Shown: positions 11,601 through 20,608 of the stretch, piece after piece
Position numbering within the stretch: position 1 is the stretch's first letter
Layout of the letters: each line of letters starts with the position of its first letter
Origin: an uncultured Acidobacteriota bacterium
GTDB taxonomy: Bacteria; Acidobacteriota; Thermoanaerobaculia; UBA5066
DNA length: 64,000 bases
Reading direction: 5' to 3'
NCBI GenBank assembly: GCA_963779415.1
Contig: CAVZYA010000002.1
Location: 480,001 to 544,000, forward strand
The notes under the pieces: generated by a model
What the model was told of the DNA's origin: nothing
Databases searched by the model: none
The model's input: the letters and a program-made list of their open reading frames with translations, nothing else
Translations under genes and position numbers: made by a program

Positions 11601-11743
11601 GTCACCTGCACGACGGCGATGTCGCTGCGCGGGAACTGCCGGACGGAGAGCGAGCGGATCGACTGGAGCCCCGCGATCGTGATGACGAGGCTGACGCAGA
11701 CCGCGAGGACGGGCCGCCGGATGAAGAGGTCGGTGAGCTTCAT
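8650..11743 (-). CDS. RND efflux permease (AcrB family, MexI/MexW-like); multiple frameshifts
   Basis: MKLTDLFIRRPVLA start, GLVVDDAIVMVENV, GLIAKNGILIVEFA and RLRPILMTT, spread over several frames. Confidence 0.85.
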
Positions 11744-12877
11744 CAGGAGTCCTGCGGCTTCGGGGCCGGGTCGTTGCCCGGCTGGACCTCGTTGTTCACC
11801 TCGACGGATGCGCCGGTGCGGAGCTTGAAGACGCCCGAGGTGACGATCTCCTGCCCGGGCTTCAGGCCGGAGAGGATCGCCACCTGGTCGCCGCGGGAGC
11901 GCCCCAGCTTCACGAACTGCTGCTGGGCGCCGCGGTAGGAGACGCCGGCCGGGTTCTTCATCTCGGCCACGACGAAGACGGAATCGCCGTAAGGCGCGTA
12001 GCTGATGGCCGAGGCCGGGAGCGCGATCACCGTCGTCGTCGTTCCGAGCAGCAGCTCGGTCTCGACGAACATCCCGGGGCGGAGCGTGCCGCTCGGGTTC
12101 GGAAGCGTCGCCTGCACCTGGACGTTCCTCGTCCCCTCGTCGACGATCGAATCGAGCGCCGTGACCTTGCCGGCGAGCTCGGCCGGGGGATCCGTCGCGC
12201 CCTGCGCCGTGACGCGGACGGCGGCGCCGACCCTCACGCGGCCGACTTCCTGCTGCGGGATCGAGAAGTTGACGTAGATCGGGTCGAGGGACTGAAGCGA
12301 CACGATCCGGTCTCCCGCCGCGAGGTACTGGCCGAGGTTCGCGTGGCGGATGCCGAGCATCCCCGTGAAGGGGGCCCGGATCGTCTTCCGCTCGATGGTC
12401 GCCTTGATCTCGCCGACGCGGGCTTCTCCCTGCACCTGGGCCGCGACGGCGCTGTCGAGGTCGGCCTGCGGCAGGACGCCGCCGTCGCGGAGCCCGCGGG
12501 CCCGCTCGAGGTTGAGGCGCGCGAGGGCGAGCTGCGCCTCCGCCGCCGCCAGCTGGGCGCGCTCCTGCCGGGTGTCGAGCGTCGCGAGGACCGTGCGCTG
12601 CGTCACCGTCTCGTCCCGACTCGAACGCGATCGTGTCGACGACGCCCGGAAGGTCCGCGCTGACCGTGACGCCCTGGACGGCCACGACGCTGCCGATGGC
12701 GGTCAGATTGGCCGGCCATTCCACTTCCCGGGCGACGGTCGTCGTGACGGCTTCCGGCGGCGGCTGGTAGGAGGAGTTCTGGGCGATGGAAGCCTTGACC
12801 TGCCGGACCTTGAGCGTCCCGACGGCCGCGAGGAAGACGGCCACGAGGGCCAGCATCAGCGCCATCCGTTTCTTCAT
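11743..12877 (-). CDS. RND periplasmic adaptor (membrane fusion protein); frameshift near 12610
   Basis: N-terminal TM, GVTVSADLPGVV, IRAPFTG and LRPGMFV. Stop overlaps the permease start. Confidence 0.85.
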
Positions 12878-12948
12878 GAAGAACTTCCCTTCGGGTCCGC
12901 CCGGGCGGACGCAGAGCGAGGACCGGACGGAGAAGAATACGTCACCAC

Positions 12949-12965
12949 TTGAGACCCGGTTTCAA
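12949..12965. promoter_or_regulatory. imperfect palindrome, possible repressor operator of the RND operon
   Basis: ttgagacc-c-ggtttcaa, 8-bp arms with one mismatch, about 70 bp upstream of the adaptor gene. Confidence 0.35.
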
Positions 12966-13016
12966 TTCGAACCGGCGGGCGACCCGGGCGCGACCTGAGT
13001 CCTGTCCCGACCGGTT

Positions 13017-13065
13017 CTATAATATAAAATAGAGACACGACCCCACTGAAGCGACCCCACTGAAG
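13017..13065 (-). repeat. 28-bp GGGGTC site, locus D, with 14-bp duplication
   Basis: Minus strand reads (cttcagtggggtcg)x2 then tgtctctattttatattatag. Full site at 13017-13044. Confidence 0.9.
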
Positions 13066-13089
13066 TAGGAACTAGAGTCGCCTTCCGAC

Positions 13090-13620
13090 CTAATCGCTGA
13101 TCGGCACGTCCTCGAAGGGCTGCGCGCCCGGAATGAACACGGAGATGATCTTGACGTCCGGCGGAACCGCGATGAACTTGGCCCACGTGCCCAGGGTCTT
13201 CTTCGGCTCGAGCACGAAGACCTTGCCGTGCCCCCCGTGCTTTCCGGCCACGAGATTGCCCTTGGTGTCCTTCACCACGGGGTACTTCATCTTGTTGTGG
13301 GCGTCGACCAGATAGGCGTCGTAGACGAGGCTGAAGGGCTCGCTCCAGCCCATGCCCTTGAAGGACTCACCCAGTCTCTTCGGCTTGTCGGTCTTGTTGC
13401 GGTACTCCCACTTGACGGTGAGCGTGCCGTCGCTGACGCGCTTCACCGAGAGAAGCGCGACCTCCACGCCTTCCACTTCGTAATCGCTGACGGCGATGGC
13501 GGCCGGGGCGGCGCCCTTTACGGCCGGAGGAGACCCCTTCGCCTCGTAGGCCAGGCCGGACACCATCCACGACAGCGAGAAGACGAGCGGGAAAAGGGGA
13601 ACGGAACGTCGACGCAGCAT
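13090..13620 (-). CDS. secreted hypothetical protein, predicted beta-sandwich
   Basis: AAAGGAGG RBS before ATG 13620, signal peptide, YLVD...KYPVVKD and WAKFIAVPPDV...PFEDVPI. Confidence 0.75.
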   Translation of the reverse strand: MLRRRSVPLFPLVFSLSWMVSGLAYEAKGSPPAVKGAAPAAIAVSDYEVEGVEVALLSVKRVSDGTLTVKWEYRNKTDKPKRLGESFKGMGWSEPFSLVYDAYLVDAHNKMKYPVVKDTKGNLVAGKHGGHGKVFVLEPKKTLGTWAKFIAVPPDVKIISVFIPGAQPFEDVPISD

Positions 13621-13808
13621 CTTGAGATTCCTCCTTTGGGATTCATTGAGACCGACTCTCAGTTTGCCACATCGGGGAGCCGACGCGCCGGTTTCGGGGG
13701 TGGACCGGCAGAGGCGCTTCGGCCAGCCGGCGGGCCGGGGACGACAGATTGCGACCGAGGTCCCGTGCCGGTCGCTCGTATGGACGGGCGACAATAACCG
13801 GACCTGAT

Positions 13809-14636
13809 ATGCGGAATCCGACGCTGGCTCTTCACCCCGCGCACGCCGCCCTCGCGGCCGAGGTTGCCGCGCTGCGGGAGGAGCTGGCGGGGCTGCTGGC
13901 CGAGGTGGACGAGCTGGTGGAGTTCGTCCGGCCGGGCCTTCTGGCGCTCTACCAGGTGCGGCTGGGGCCGGCGGAGCTTCAGCTTCTGGCCGCGCAGTAT
14001 GAGCTGGCGCGGGTGAAGCGGGCGATCGATCTCGCGCAGGCGGCCCTGAACGCCGGGAAAAAGCCCGACCCGGCCCGGATCGAAGCGGCGCTGGATCGCG
14101 AGGCGGCGGAATGGAAGGAGCGTCTCGAGGCGGCGGCGAAGAAACTGAAACAGGCGCACGAGCACCTGAAGGGACTTCTGTCGAAGGAGGATTCGGCGGA
14201 GATGAGAAAGCTCTACCTCGTCCTCGTGAAGAAGCTCCACCCCGACCTGCACCCGGACCTTTCGGACGAGGAGAAAAAGCTCTGGCACAAAGTGCAGGAG
14301 GCCAACCTCCTCAACGACCTCCCGGGGATGCGCGCGCTCGTGGCCCTCGTGGAAGGGAAGATCGCGCCGAAGGAGACGCCGGCGATGGATGCGCTGGCGC
14401 ACAAAAGGGACGTCCTTTCGAAGCACGCGGAGGCGCAGCGGAAGAAGATCGCGATGATCCGCTCGGAGCCCCCCTTCACGATGGAACGGGAGCTGAACGA
14501 CGAGGCGTGGGTGAAGGGGCGGTGCGAGGCGCTGGCGGCCGAGGCGGAGAAGTTGAAGCGGCAGGCAAAGGAGCTGACGGCGAATTTCGCGCTTCTGATG
14601 GCGGGCGAGGATGGGAACGGACCTCAAGTCCATTGA
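13809..14636 (+). CDS. coiled-coil protein with an internal J-domain-like HPD segment
   Basis: EMRKLYLVLVKKLHPDLHPDLSDEEKKLWHKVQEA resembles J-domain helix II-HPD-helix III, flanked by heptad-rich helices. Confidence 0.75.
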   Translation: MRNPTLALHPAHAALAAEVAALREELAGLLAEVDELVEFVRPGLLALYQVRLGPAELQLLAAQYELARVKRAIDLAQAALNAGKKPDPARIEAALDREAAEWKERLEAAAKKLKQAHEHLKGLLSKEDSAEMRKLYLVLVKKLHPDLHPDLSDEEKKLWHKVQEANLLNDLPGMRALVALVEGKIAPKETPAMDALAHKRDVLSKHAEAQRKKIAMIRSEPPFTMERELNDEAWVKGRCEALAAEAEKLKRQAKELTANFALLMAGEDGNGPQVH

Positions 14637-15009
14637 CCCGGCGCTTCTGGCGCTGATGCACGGCTCGTTCGGGAAGGACGGGGCGCTGAAGCCGTTCGCG
14701 AAGGAGATCTTCCTTCTGGAGTGCCACGTGGCCGGGACGAGCCACCAGCCGGTGAAGGAGATCGAGCCGGGGCTGAAACCGGGCGCGCTGCTGCCGTTCC
14801 TGCGCGAGCCCGCGAACAAGTTCGACGCGCTGGCCATCGCGATTCACGACGAGGCGGGACACACGCTGGGCTGGGTGCCGAAGGAGAAGAACGAAGTTCT
14901 CGCGCGCCTGATGGACGCCGGCAAGCTCCTCTTCGGCCGGCTGGAGGGGAAGAGCTGGGTGGGGGGCTGGCTGAAGCTGGACGTCCGGGTGTTTCTGAGG
15001 GAGTTCTAG
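14611..15009 (+). CDS. stand-alone HIRAN domain protein
   Basis: HVAGTSH, LREPANKFDALAIAI and LGWVP..NEVLARLMDAG match the HIRAN pattern. Confidence 0.85.
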   Translation: MGTDLKSIDPALLALMHGSFGKDGALKPFAKEIFLLECHVAGTSHQPVKEIEPGLKPGALLPFLREPANKFDALAIAIHDEAGHTLGWVPKEKNEVLARLMDAGKLLFGRLEGKSWVGGWLKLDVRVFLREF

Positions 15010-15097
15010 AGACTCCGTCCGCTTGGTCAGACCACGAGCCGAGGAAGAACGTCCATCGGAACCATCGGAACCTCCGATACGGCTTCATAATCTCACC

Positions 15098-16600
15098 GTG
15101 GCGGGGCTTCGCGCGCTGTTCTTCCTTCTGCTCTCCGCGCTCGTCGCGCTCTCCGGCGCGGCCCAGTCTCCGGCCACCTTCGTGACGCCCGCCGGAACGG
15201 CGCTGCCGCTCCGTGTCGAGGAAGCGGAAGGAAAGACGTTCTTCGCCGTCGCGGACGTCGTGGCGGCGCTCGAGGGGACGGCCTCCTTCGACACCGAGAC
15301 GCGCTCGTACGAGGTGAAGCTGAAGGCGCACACGGCGATCTTCGGAGGCGACGCGCCGCTCGCCGTCGTCGACTCGAAGATCGTCTACCTCGCCGGGCCC
15401 CTCCGGACGAAGGGAAGCCTCGCTTTCGCCGACACGGAGTTTTTCGGCCGCGTCTTCGGCCCGATGACGGGACTCTCGTTCGCGTGGGACGCCGGGAGAA
15501 GGACGCTCACGGCGTCGCGGGGGCCGGCCGTGGAGATCACGGCCGAGGCGAGCGTCACCGACGTCGGAGAGGCGACGAAGGTCGTTCTCCGCTTCTCGCA
15601 GCCGCCGCAGTACCGCGTCGAGAAGGGGGACGAGACGGTCGTCCTGAAGTTCCCCGGCGCGCGAATCGTCGCGGCCACGCCCGAGAAGAGCGTGGACGGG
15701 CCGCGCGTGGCGCGCGTCGTCCTCCGGCCGGGCGAGGCGGTGATCACGCTCCGGGGAAAGGACTTCGCGACGAACGTCTACCCGCTCGGCGGTCCGCCGC
15801 GCCTCGTCGTCGACGTGACGCGGCCGGCCGCCGGCACGGCGGAGGCCGTCGGGACGGCGCCGGCCCCGGAGACGTCGAAGGCGCGGATCGTCGTCCTCGA
15901 CGCCGGGCACGGCGGGAGCGAGGAGGGGGCGAAGGGGCCCGCGGGACTTCTCGAGAAGGACGCGACGCTCGCCCTCGAAAAGACGATGCAGGAGGTCCTC
16001 TCGAGACACGGCTACCGCGTCGTCTCGACGCGGACGACCGACGCGACGGTCTCGCTCGAGGACCGTGCCGCATCGGCCAACGGCGCGAAGGCCGACGTCT
16101 TCGTCTCGCTCCACGCGAACGCCTCGCGGAGCCCCTCGGCGCACGGGACGGAGGTCTACTACCTCTCTCTCGACGCCTCCGACCGCGCGGCGGCCCTCCT
16201 CGCCGAGAGCGAGAACAAGGCGGTCGAGACGCCGACGGCCGGGAAGAACGCCGCGGGGCGCGACCTCGACCTCATCCTCTGGGATCTCGCGCAGAACCAG
16301 CACCTCGCCGCGTCCGAGCGGCTCGCGGAGATCATCCAGGCGGACTTCAACCGGCTTCTCGGCGTCTCGTCACGCGGCGTGAAGCAGGCGCCCTTCCGCG
16401 TCCTGATCGGCGTGAACGCCCCCGCGGTCCTCGTGGAGGTGGCCTTCATCACGAACCCCGAAGAGGAGAAGAAGCTCGCGTCGGAAGAGTTCCGTCGGCA
16501 GACGGCGGAGACCCTGGCCGGGAGCCTCGACACCTTCTTCCGGACGGCGGCCTCGGTTCCGCCCGTCCCGAGCGCGCCGAGGCCGCCAGGGCGTCCCTGA
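15098..16600 (+). CDS. N-acetylmuramoyl-L-alanine amidase (Amidase_3, AmiC-like with AMIN-like region)
   Basis: VVLDAGHGG, EKDATL, FVSLHANAS and PAVLVEVAFITN, with a signal peptide. Confidence 0.9.
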   Translation: MAGLRALFFLLLSALVALSGAAQSPATFVTPAGTALPLRVEEAEGKTFFAVADVVAALEGTASFDTETRSYEVKLKAHTAIFGGDAPLAVVDSKIVYLAGPLRTKGSLAFADTEFFGRVFGPMTGLSFAWDAGRRTLTASRGPAVEITAEASVTDVGEATKVVLRFSQPPQYRVEKGDETVVLKFPGARIVAATPEKSVDGPRVARVVLRPGEAVITLRGKDFATNVYPLGGPPRLVVDVTRPAAGTAEAVGTAPAPETSKARIVVLDAGHGGSEEGAKGPAGLLEKDATLALEKTMQEVLSRHGYRVVSTRTTDATVSLEDRAASANGAKADVFVSLHANASRSPSAHGTEVYYLSLDASDRAAALLAESENKAVETPTAGKNAAGRDLDLILWDLAQNQHLAASERLAEIIQADFNRLLGVSSRGVKQAPFRVLIGVNAPAVLVEVAFITNPEEEKKLASEEFRRQTAETLAGSLDTFFRTAASVPPVPSAPRPPGRP

Positions 16601-16607
16601 ACGCGTC

Positions 16608-17393
16608 ATGCCGCGCCGCTTCGCCCTCGGCCTGATCGGCCTCCTCGTCCTTCTTCTCGCCGCCCTCCTGATTGCGCGTCGTCTCGCGACGACACCGACG
16701 GGCCGTCCGGGAGAGACGCGGCCGGTGTCCGCTCCGCCGACCCCCGTCGTCCCTCCGACACCGATCCCCGGCCGGCGCGTCTCGCTCTTCTTCGAGCCGA
16801 AGGAGGGAGAGCTTTTCCGGGCCGAGAGGCGCGAGATTCCGGCGACGTCGGACGACGTTGCGTTTCTCCGGACGCTCGCTTCGGCGGTCCTCGACGGCCC
16901 GCGGCACCCGGATCTCCTCCGTCCCTTCCCGGAAGGGTGGAGCGTTCGGGGCGCGTACCGGCTGCAGGGCGGACTGGTCGTCGTGGATCTCGCCCCCCCC
17001 GCCCTCGCCCCCGTCGCCGGCGCCGAGGGCCCCCCCGTTCCCGAGACGGTCCTGGCCTCGCGCTGGCAGACCGGATCGCACGAGGAGCTGGCGGCCGCGC
17101 AGGCGCTCCTCATCACGCTGGCGAAGAACGCCCCGGACGTCGCGAAGGTGGTGCTCGTGATCGCGGGGGAGCCGGTCGAGACGCTCGCGGGGCATCTCGA
17201 TCTGACGCATCCGCTCCTGCCGGACCTGGCCCGAGCCGGAGAGGAGGCGCCGCTGGAGGTGGCCATCCCCCCGGCGGCGGAAAGCGTTCCGACCCCGCCG
17301 TCCGTCTCCCCGGCTCCGCCGGCGACGTCGCCCTCGCCTCCCCCGCCGGAACCGAAACGCGAGCGGGCCGGCCCGCGAACGGACGTCACGTGA
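16608..17393 (+). CDS. GerMN domain protein
   Basis: N-terminal TM, LFRAERREI, LDGP, GSHEE and VETLAGHLDL. Confidence 0.8.
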   Translation: MPRRFALGLIGLLVLLLAALLIARRLATTPTGRPGETRPVSAPPTPVVPPTPIPGRRVSLFFEPKEGELFRAERREIPATSDDVAFLRTLASAVLDGPRHPDLLRPFPEGWSVRGAYRLQGGLVVVDLAPPALAPVAGAEGPPVPETVLASRWQTGSHEELAAAQALLITLAKNAPDVAKVVLVIAGEPVETLAGHLDLTHPLLPDLARAGEEAPLEVAIPPAAESVPTPPSVSPAPPATSPSPPPPEPKRERAGPRTDVT

Positions 17394-18214
17394 CCGACCG
17401 CCGGCCGATCGGCCTCTTCGACTCGGGGGTGGGAGGGCTCACCGTCCTCGACGCGGTGGCGCGCCGTCTTCCCTCCGAGAACCTCCTCTATCTCGGCGAC
17501 ACGGCGCGGCTGCCGTACGGGACGAAATCCCCGGAGACGGTGCGGCGCTACGCGCGGCGGGCGGTGGAATACCTCCTCGGGCACGACGTCAAGGCGCTCG
17601 TCGTCGCCTGCAACACCGCCTCGGCGCTCGCGCTCGACCTGATCGAGGAGATCTCGCCCGTCCCGGTCGTCGGCGTCGTCGCCCCGGGGGCCGCCGCCGC
17701 CGTCGCGGCCGTCCGGGAGCTCGAGGCGGAAGGGGAGGCGCCCTCTCCGATCGCCGTTCTCGCGACGGAGGCGACGGTCGCCTCGGACGCTTACGGACGG
17801 GCGGTGCGCGCGCTCGATCCCGATCGAAAGGTCCTCCACACGGCGTGCCCGCTCTTCGTCCCGCTCGCGGAGGAGGGGTGGACGGACAACGAGGTGGCGC
17901 GCGCGGCCGCGGCGCGCTATCTCGGGCCGGTCCGCGCCTCGGGCGTGCGCATCGTCGTCCTCGGCTGCACGCACTACCCGCTTCTCCGGGGGACGATCGC
18001 CGAGGCGCTCGCGCCCGGAACGCGTCTCGTCGACTCGGCCGAGGCGGCCGCCGCAGCCGTCGATGCCGCGCTCGTTCCGGAAGCGCGGCGCGGGGGAAAC
18101 GCCGCCGGCGAGACGCACCTTCTCGTCACGGACGCGTCGGAGCGCCTCGCCCGGATCGCCGTCCGGTTCCTCGGGCGCGAGGCGGTGCGCCTCGAGGGGA
18201 TCGACCTTCCGTGA
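17390..18214 (+). CDS. murI: glutamate racemase
   Basis: IGLFDSGVGGLTV, PYGTKS, VACNTAS and LGCTHYP. Confidence 0.95.
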   Translation: MTDRRPIGLFDSGVGGLTVLDAVARRLPSENLLYLGDTARLPYGTKSPETVRRYARRAVEYLLGHDVKALVVACNTASALALDLIEEISPVPVVGVVAPGAAAAVAAVRELEAEGEAPSPIAVLATEATVASDAYGRAVRALDPDRKVLHTACPLFVPLAEEGWTDNEVARAAAARYLGPVRASGVRIVVLGCTHYPLLRGTIAEALAPGTRLVDSAEAAAAAVDAALVPEARRGGNAAGETHLLVTDASERLARIAVRFLGREAVRLEGIDLP

Positions 18215-18240
18215 GCGCCCCTGGAGGAGAATCGGAGGCC

Positions 18241-19047
18241 ATGACGTCCCTCCTCCGCCCCGACGGCCGCGCGGCACGCGAGATGCGCCCCGTCTTCCTC
18301 ACGCTCGACCCGGTTCCCCACGCGGAGGGATCGTGTCTCGCCGAGCAGGGAAAGACGCGGATCCTCGTGACGGCCACGGTGGAGGAGAAGGTCCCGCCGT
18401 TTCTCCGCGAGAAGGCCGAGGGGTGGATCACGGCGGAGTACGGAATGCTTCCGCGCGCGACGCTCGAGCGGACGCCGCGCGAGGCCTCTCGCGGCAAGCA
18501 GTCGGGGCGGACGCTGGAGATCCAGCGCCTCGTCGGCCGCGCGCTCCGGGGCGTTGTCGACCGGAAGCTCCTCGGCGAGCGGACCGTCACGCTCGACTGC
18601 GACGTCCTCGTGGCCGACGCGGGGACGCGCTGCGCCTCGATCACGGGGGCCTTCGTCGCCCTCGCTCTCGCGGTTTCGAGGCTGCACGAGAAGAAGCTCG
18701 TGAAGCGAAGCCCGTTCCGCGAGGCCGTCGCGGCGATCTCCGTCGGGTGGACGGGCGGGGAGGCCGTCCTCGACATGACGTACGCCGAGGACTCGACCGC
18801 CGAGGTCGACTTCAACATCGTCGGGACGTCGGCGGGGCGCTTCGTCGAGCTGCAGGGGACGGCAGAAGGGGCGCCTTTCGGCCCGGAGGAGCTTCGCCGG
18901 ATTCTCCTCGTCGGGCGGAAGGGGCTCGCCGCCCTCTTCGCGGCGCAGGGACGCGCTCTCGACGGGCAGCTCCCGGCCGAGTGGTGGAAGGCGATCTACG
19001 GGTCGGTGCGCGGCGCGGCGGCCGCTTCGGCGTCGGCCGGCCGCTGA
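18241..19047 (+). CDS. rph: ribonuclease PH
   Basis: RPDGR, GWITAEYGMLPRAT, GRTLEIQRLVGRALR, DAGTRCASITG and ELQGTAEG. Confidence 0.95.
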   Translation: MTSLLRPDGRAAREMRPVFLTLDPVPHAEGSCLAEQGKTRILVTATVEEKVPPFLREKAEGWITAEYGMLPRATLERTPREASRGKQSGRTLEIQRLVGRALRGVVDRKLLGERTVTLDCDVLVADAGTRCASITGAFVALALAVSRLHEKKLVKRSPFREAVAAISVGWTGGEAVLDMTYAEDSTAEVDFNIVGTSAGRFVELQGTAEGAPFGPEELRRILLVGRKGLAALFAAQGRALDGQLPAEWWKAIYGSVRGAAAASASAGR

Positions 19048-19057
19048 CGCCGGCGCT

Positions 19058-19823
19058 TCAGCCGAGGAAAGTCCGCAGCGCTTCCGCGAGGCGCCTCGGC
19101 TCCTCCAGCATCGGGTAATGCCCGAGGCCCGGAAGAAGCGTGAACGTCGCATCGGGACGGGCGACGAGGAGCCTCCGCGACTCCTCGGGCGGGGCGAGGG
19201 GGTCGAGCGCTCCCGCGAGGATCAGAAGCGGCGTCCTCGTCCCGCGCAGCCGCTCGACGAGGGGCGGAGCGTCGAGGACGCCGTCCACGCTCATCTCCAC
19301 GGCCCGGGCGAGCGCCGCCCCTTCGGGCCCCTTCCGCGACGAGACGGTCCGCTCGACGAAGGCTCGCTTTCCGGGCGAGTCGACCGCAAAGCCGTAGGCC
19401 GAGGCTCTCCGGAGCGAGGAGTCCGGGACGCTGGTCAGCACCGAGCGGCGCGACATTCCCTTCCACTTCAGCCGGTCCGTGAATCCGTACGGAAATCGCC
19501 CCGACCGGGTTCACGAGGACGAGCTTCCTGACGCGCGACGGCTCGCGGGAGGCGAGCTCTCCCGCCACGCGGCCGCCGAGGGAGTGCCCGACGACGTACG
19601 CCCGCGGAAGCTCCCGCTCCTCCATCTCGTTCTCGACGTACCGCGCGAGCGAGACGAGGTCATAGCCGCTCGCCGGCTTCGGCGCCGCGCCGCAGCCGAG
19701 AAGGTCGAGCGGATGGACGTCGTAGTGCTTCTCGAGGAGCTTCGCCGCCTCTTCCCAGTCGGCGGCGGAGCCCCCGACGCCGTGCAGGAGGACGAGAGTC
19801 GCTTTCGCTTTCTTCGCCGTCAT
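19058..19823 (-). CDS. alpha/beta hydrolase; frameshift near 19495
   Basis: LLHGVGG and GHSLGG in one frame, GALD and GLGHYPMLE in the next. Confidence 0.8.
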
Positions 19824-19842
19824 CGCGGAGAATGGTAACGGA

Positions 19843-19917
19843 CGGGGCGTAGCGCAGTGGTAGCGCACGTGCTTTGGGAGCACGTGGTCGCCGGTTCGAT
19901 CCCGGCCGCCCCGACCA
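19843..19917 (+). tRNA. tRNA-Pro(TGG)
   Basis: CGGGGCG acceptor stem, D-loop AGTGGTA, anticodon arm cgtgc-tttggga-gcacg, GGTTCGATCC and encoded CCA. Confidence 0.97.
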
Positions 19918-19973
19918 CCTCTCCGTCACCCTCGGCAGGCCCCCGGAAGAGATCCGGCGTGCCGAGCCGGTCA

Positions 19974-20001
19974 CTATAATTGACAATTGAGACACGACCC
20001 C
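19974..20001 (-). repeat. 28-bp GGGGTC site, locus E
   Basis: Minus strand ggggtcgtgtctcaattgtcaattatag, 4 nt after the stop codon of ORF 20006-20344. Confidence 0.9.
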
Positions 20002-20005
20002 GCTC

Positions 20006-20344
20006 TTAGGGCTTCCTGTGTCGCCGGCCGGACCGCGCCCCCTGGTACTCCGCCAGAGCCGCCGCGAGAAACGCGAGACCTTCCGACGACGTGGCGAGCC
20101 GGAGCGCCTCCTGGGCGCTCATCGTCAGCGCCCGCCGGTAAAGAACGGCCGCCGCGACGTGCCGCAGGACCTGGCCCAGCTGCTCGGAGACGCCCAGGGC
20201 ATCCGCGAAGGCGGGACTGCGCCCGGCGCCGGCCCTCGCGGAGGATTCGCCGATGCTCTCGACGAGCGCCGGGGAGAGCGACTCGCCGATGATGTCGGCG
20301 ACGCGGGCGATGCGGGCGAGGTCGGAGGGGCTGGGCTTCGGCAT
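20006..20344 (-). CDS. hypothetical 112-aa helical protein
   Basis: ORF MPKPSPSDLARIARVAD..., with AAGG upstream. No recognisable motif. Confidence 0.6.
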   Translation of the reverse strand: MPKPSPSDLARIARVADIIGESLSPALVESIGESSARAGAGRSPAFADALGVSEQLGQVLRHVAAAVLYRRALTMSAQEALRLATSSEGLAFLAAALAEYQGARSGRRHRKP

Positions 20345-20352
20345 GGCGGGCC

Positions 20353-20418
20353 TTACTTCCCCCCGCGCTTCCACGTCTTCTTCAGCGGCCCGGACGGGGC
20401 GTGGGTCGTGGCGGCCAT
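20353..20418 (-). CDS. putative 21-aa basic peptide (MAATTHAPSGPLKKTWKRGGK)
   Basis: ATG...TAA between a good promoter and the 112-aa ORF. No SD. Confidence 0.3.
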   Translation of the reverse strand: MAATTHAPSGPLKKTWKRGGK

Positions 20419-20440
20419 TTTCGGCTTTCTGATGCCGAAT

Positions 20441-20469
20441 AACGTAATACCGCGCGCCGAGCCGGTCAA
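20441..20469 (-). promoter_or_regulatory. sigma70-type promoter
   Basis: TTGACC (20469-20464), 17-bp spacer, TACGTT (20446-20441). Confidence 0.6.
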
Positions 20470-20497
20470 GGCGTCCGGAATCGGTCTGCCCGGGCCC

Positions 20498-20554
20498 TAT
20501 AGGGGGTCACGCCGTATAGGGGGTCAGGTACCAATTTTATATTATGTGACCCCC
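20498..20554 (+). repeat. 28-bp GGGGTC site, locus F (GTACC variant), with duplication and closing inverted end
   Basis: tatagggggtca x2. Full site ggggtcaggtaccaattttatattatgt at 20520-20547, ending in tgaccccc (reverse complement of gggggtca). Confidence 0.8.
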
Positions 20555-20608
20555 GGCACGCGCTCCAGTTCCACGTGCCACTTTCAGGGAAGGGCTCGAT
20601 ACCGTTTC

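Noticed and set aside
13621-13800. c-di-GMP riboswitch (ggcaaac on the minus strand)
   Set aside because: The GNRA stem and the following GACGCAAA elements are missing.
15053-15078. Short repeat catcggaac x2 between the HIRAN and amidase genes
   Set aside because: It is a single short occurrence unrelated to the 28-bp family, and no role can be supported.
20520-20554. dif-like site (tatattatgt resembles the dif core and XerD arm)
   Set aside because: The XerD arm continues gaccc rather than taaat and there is no XerC arm. It fits the 28-bp family better.
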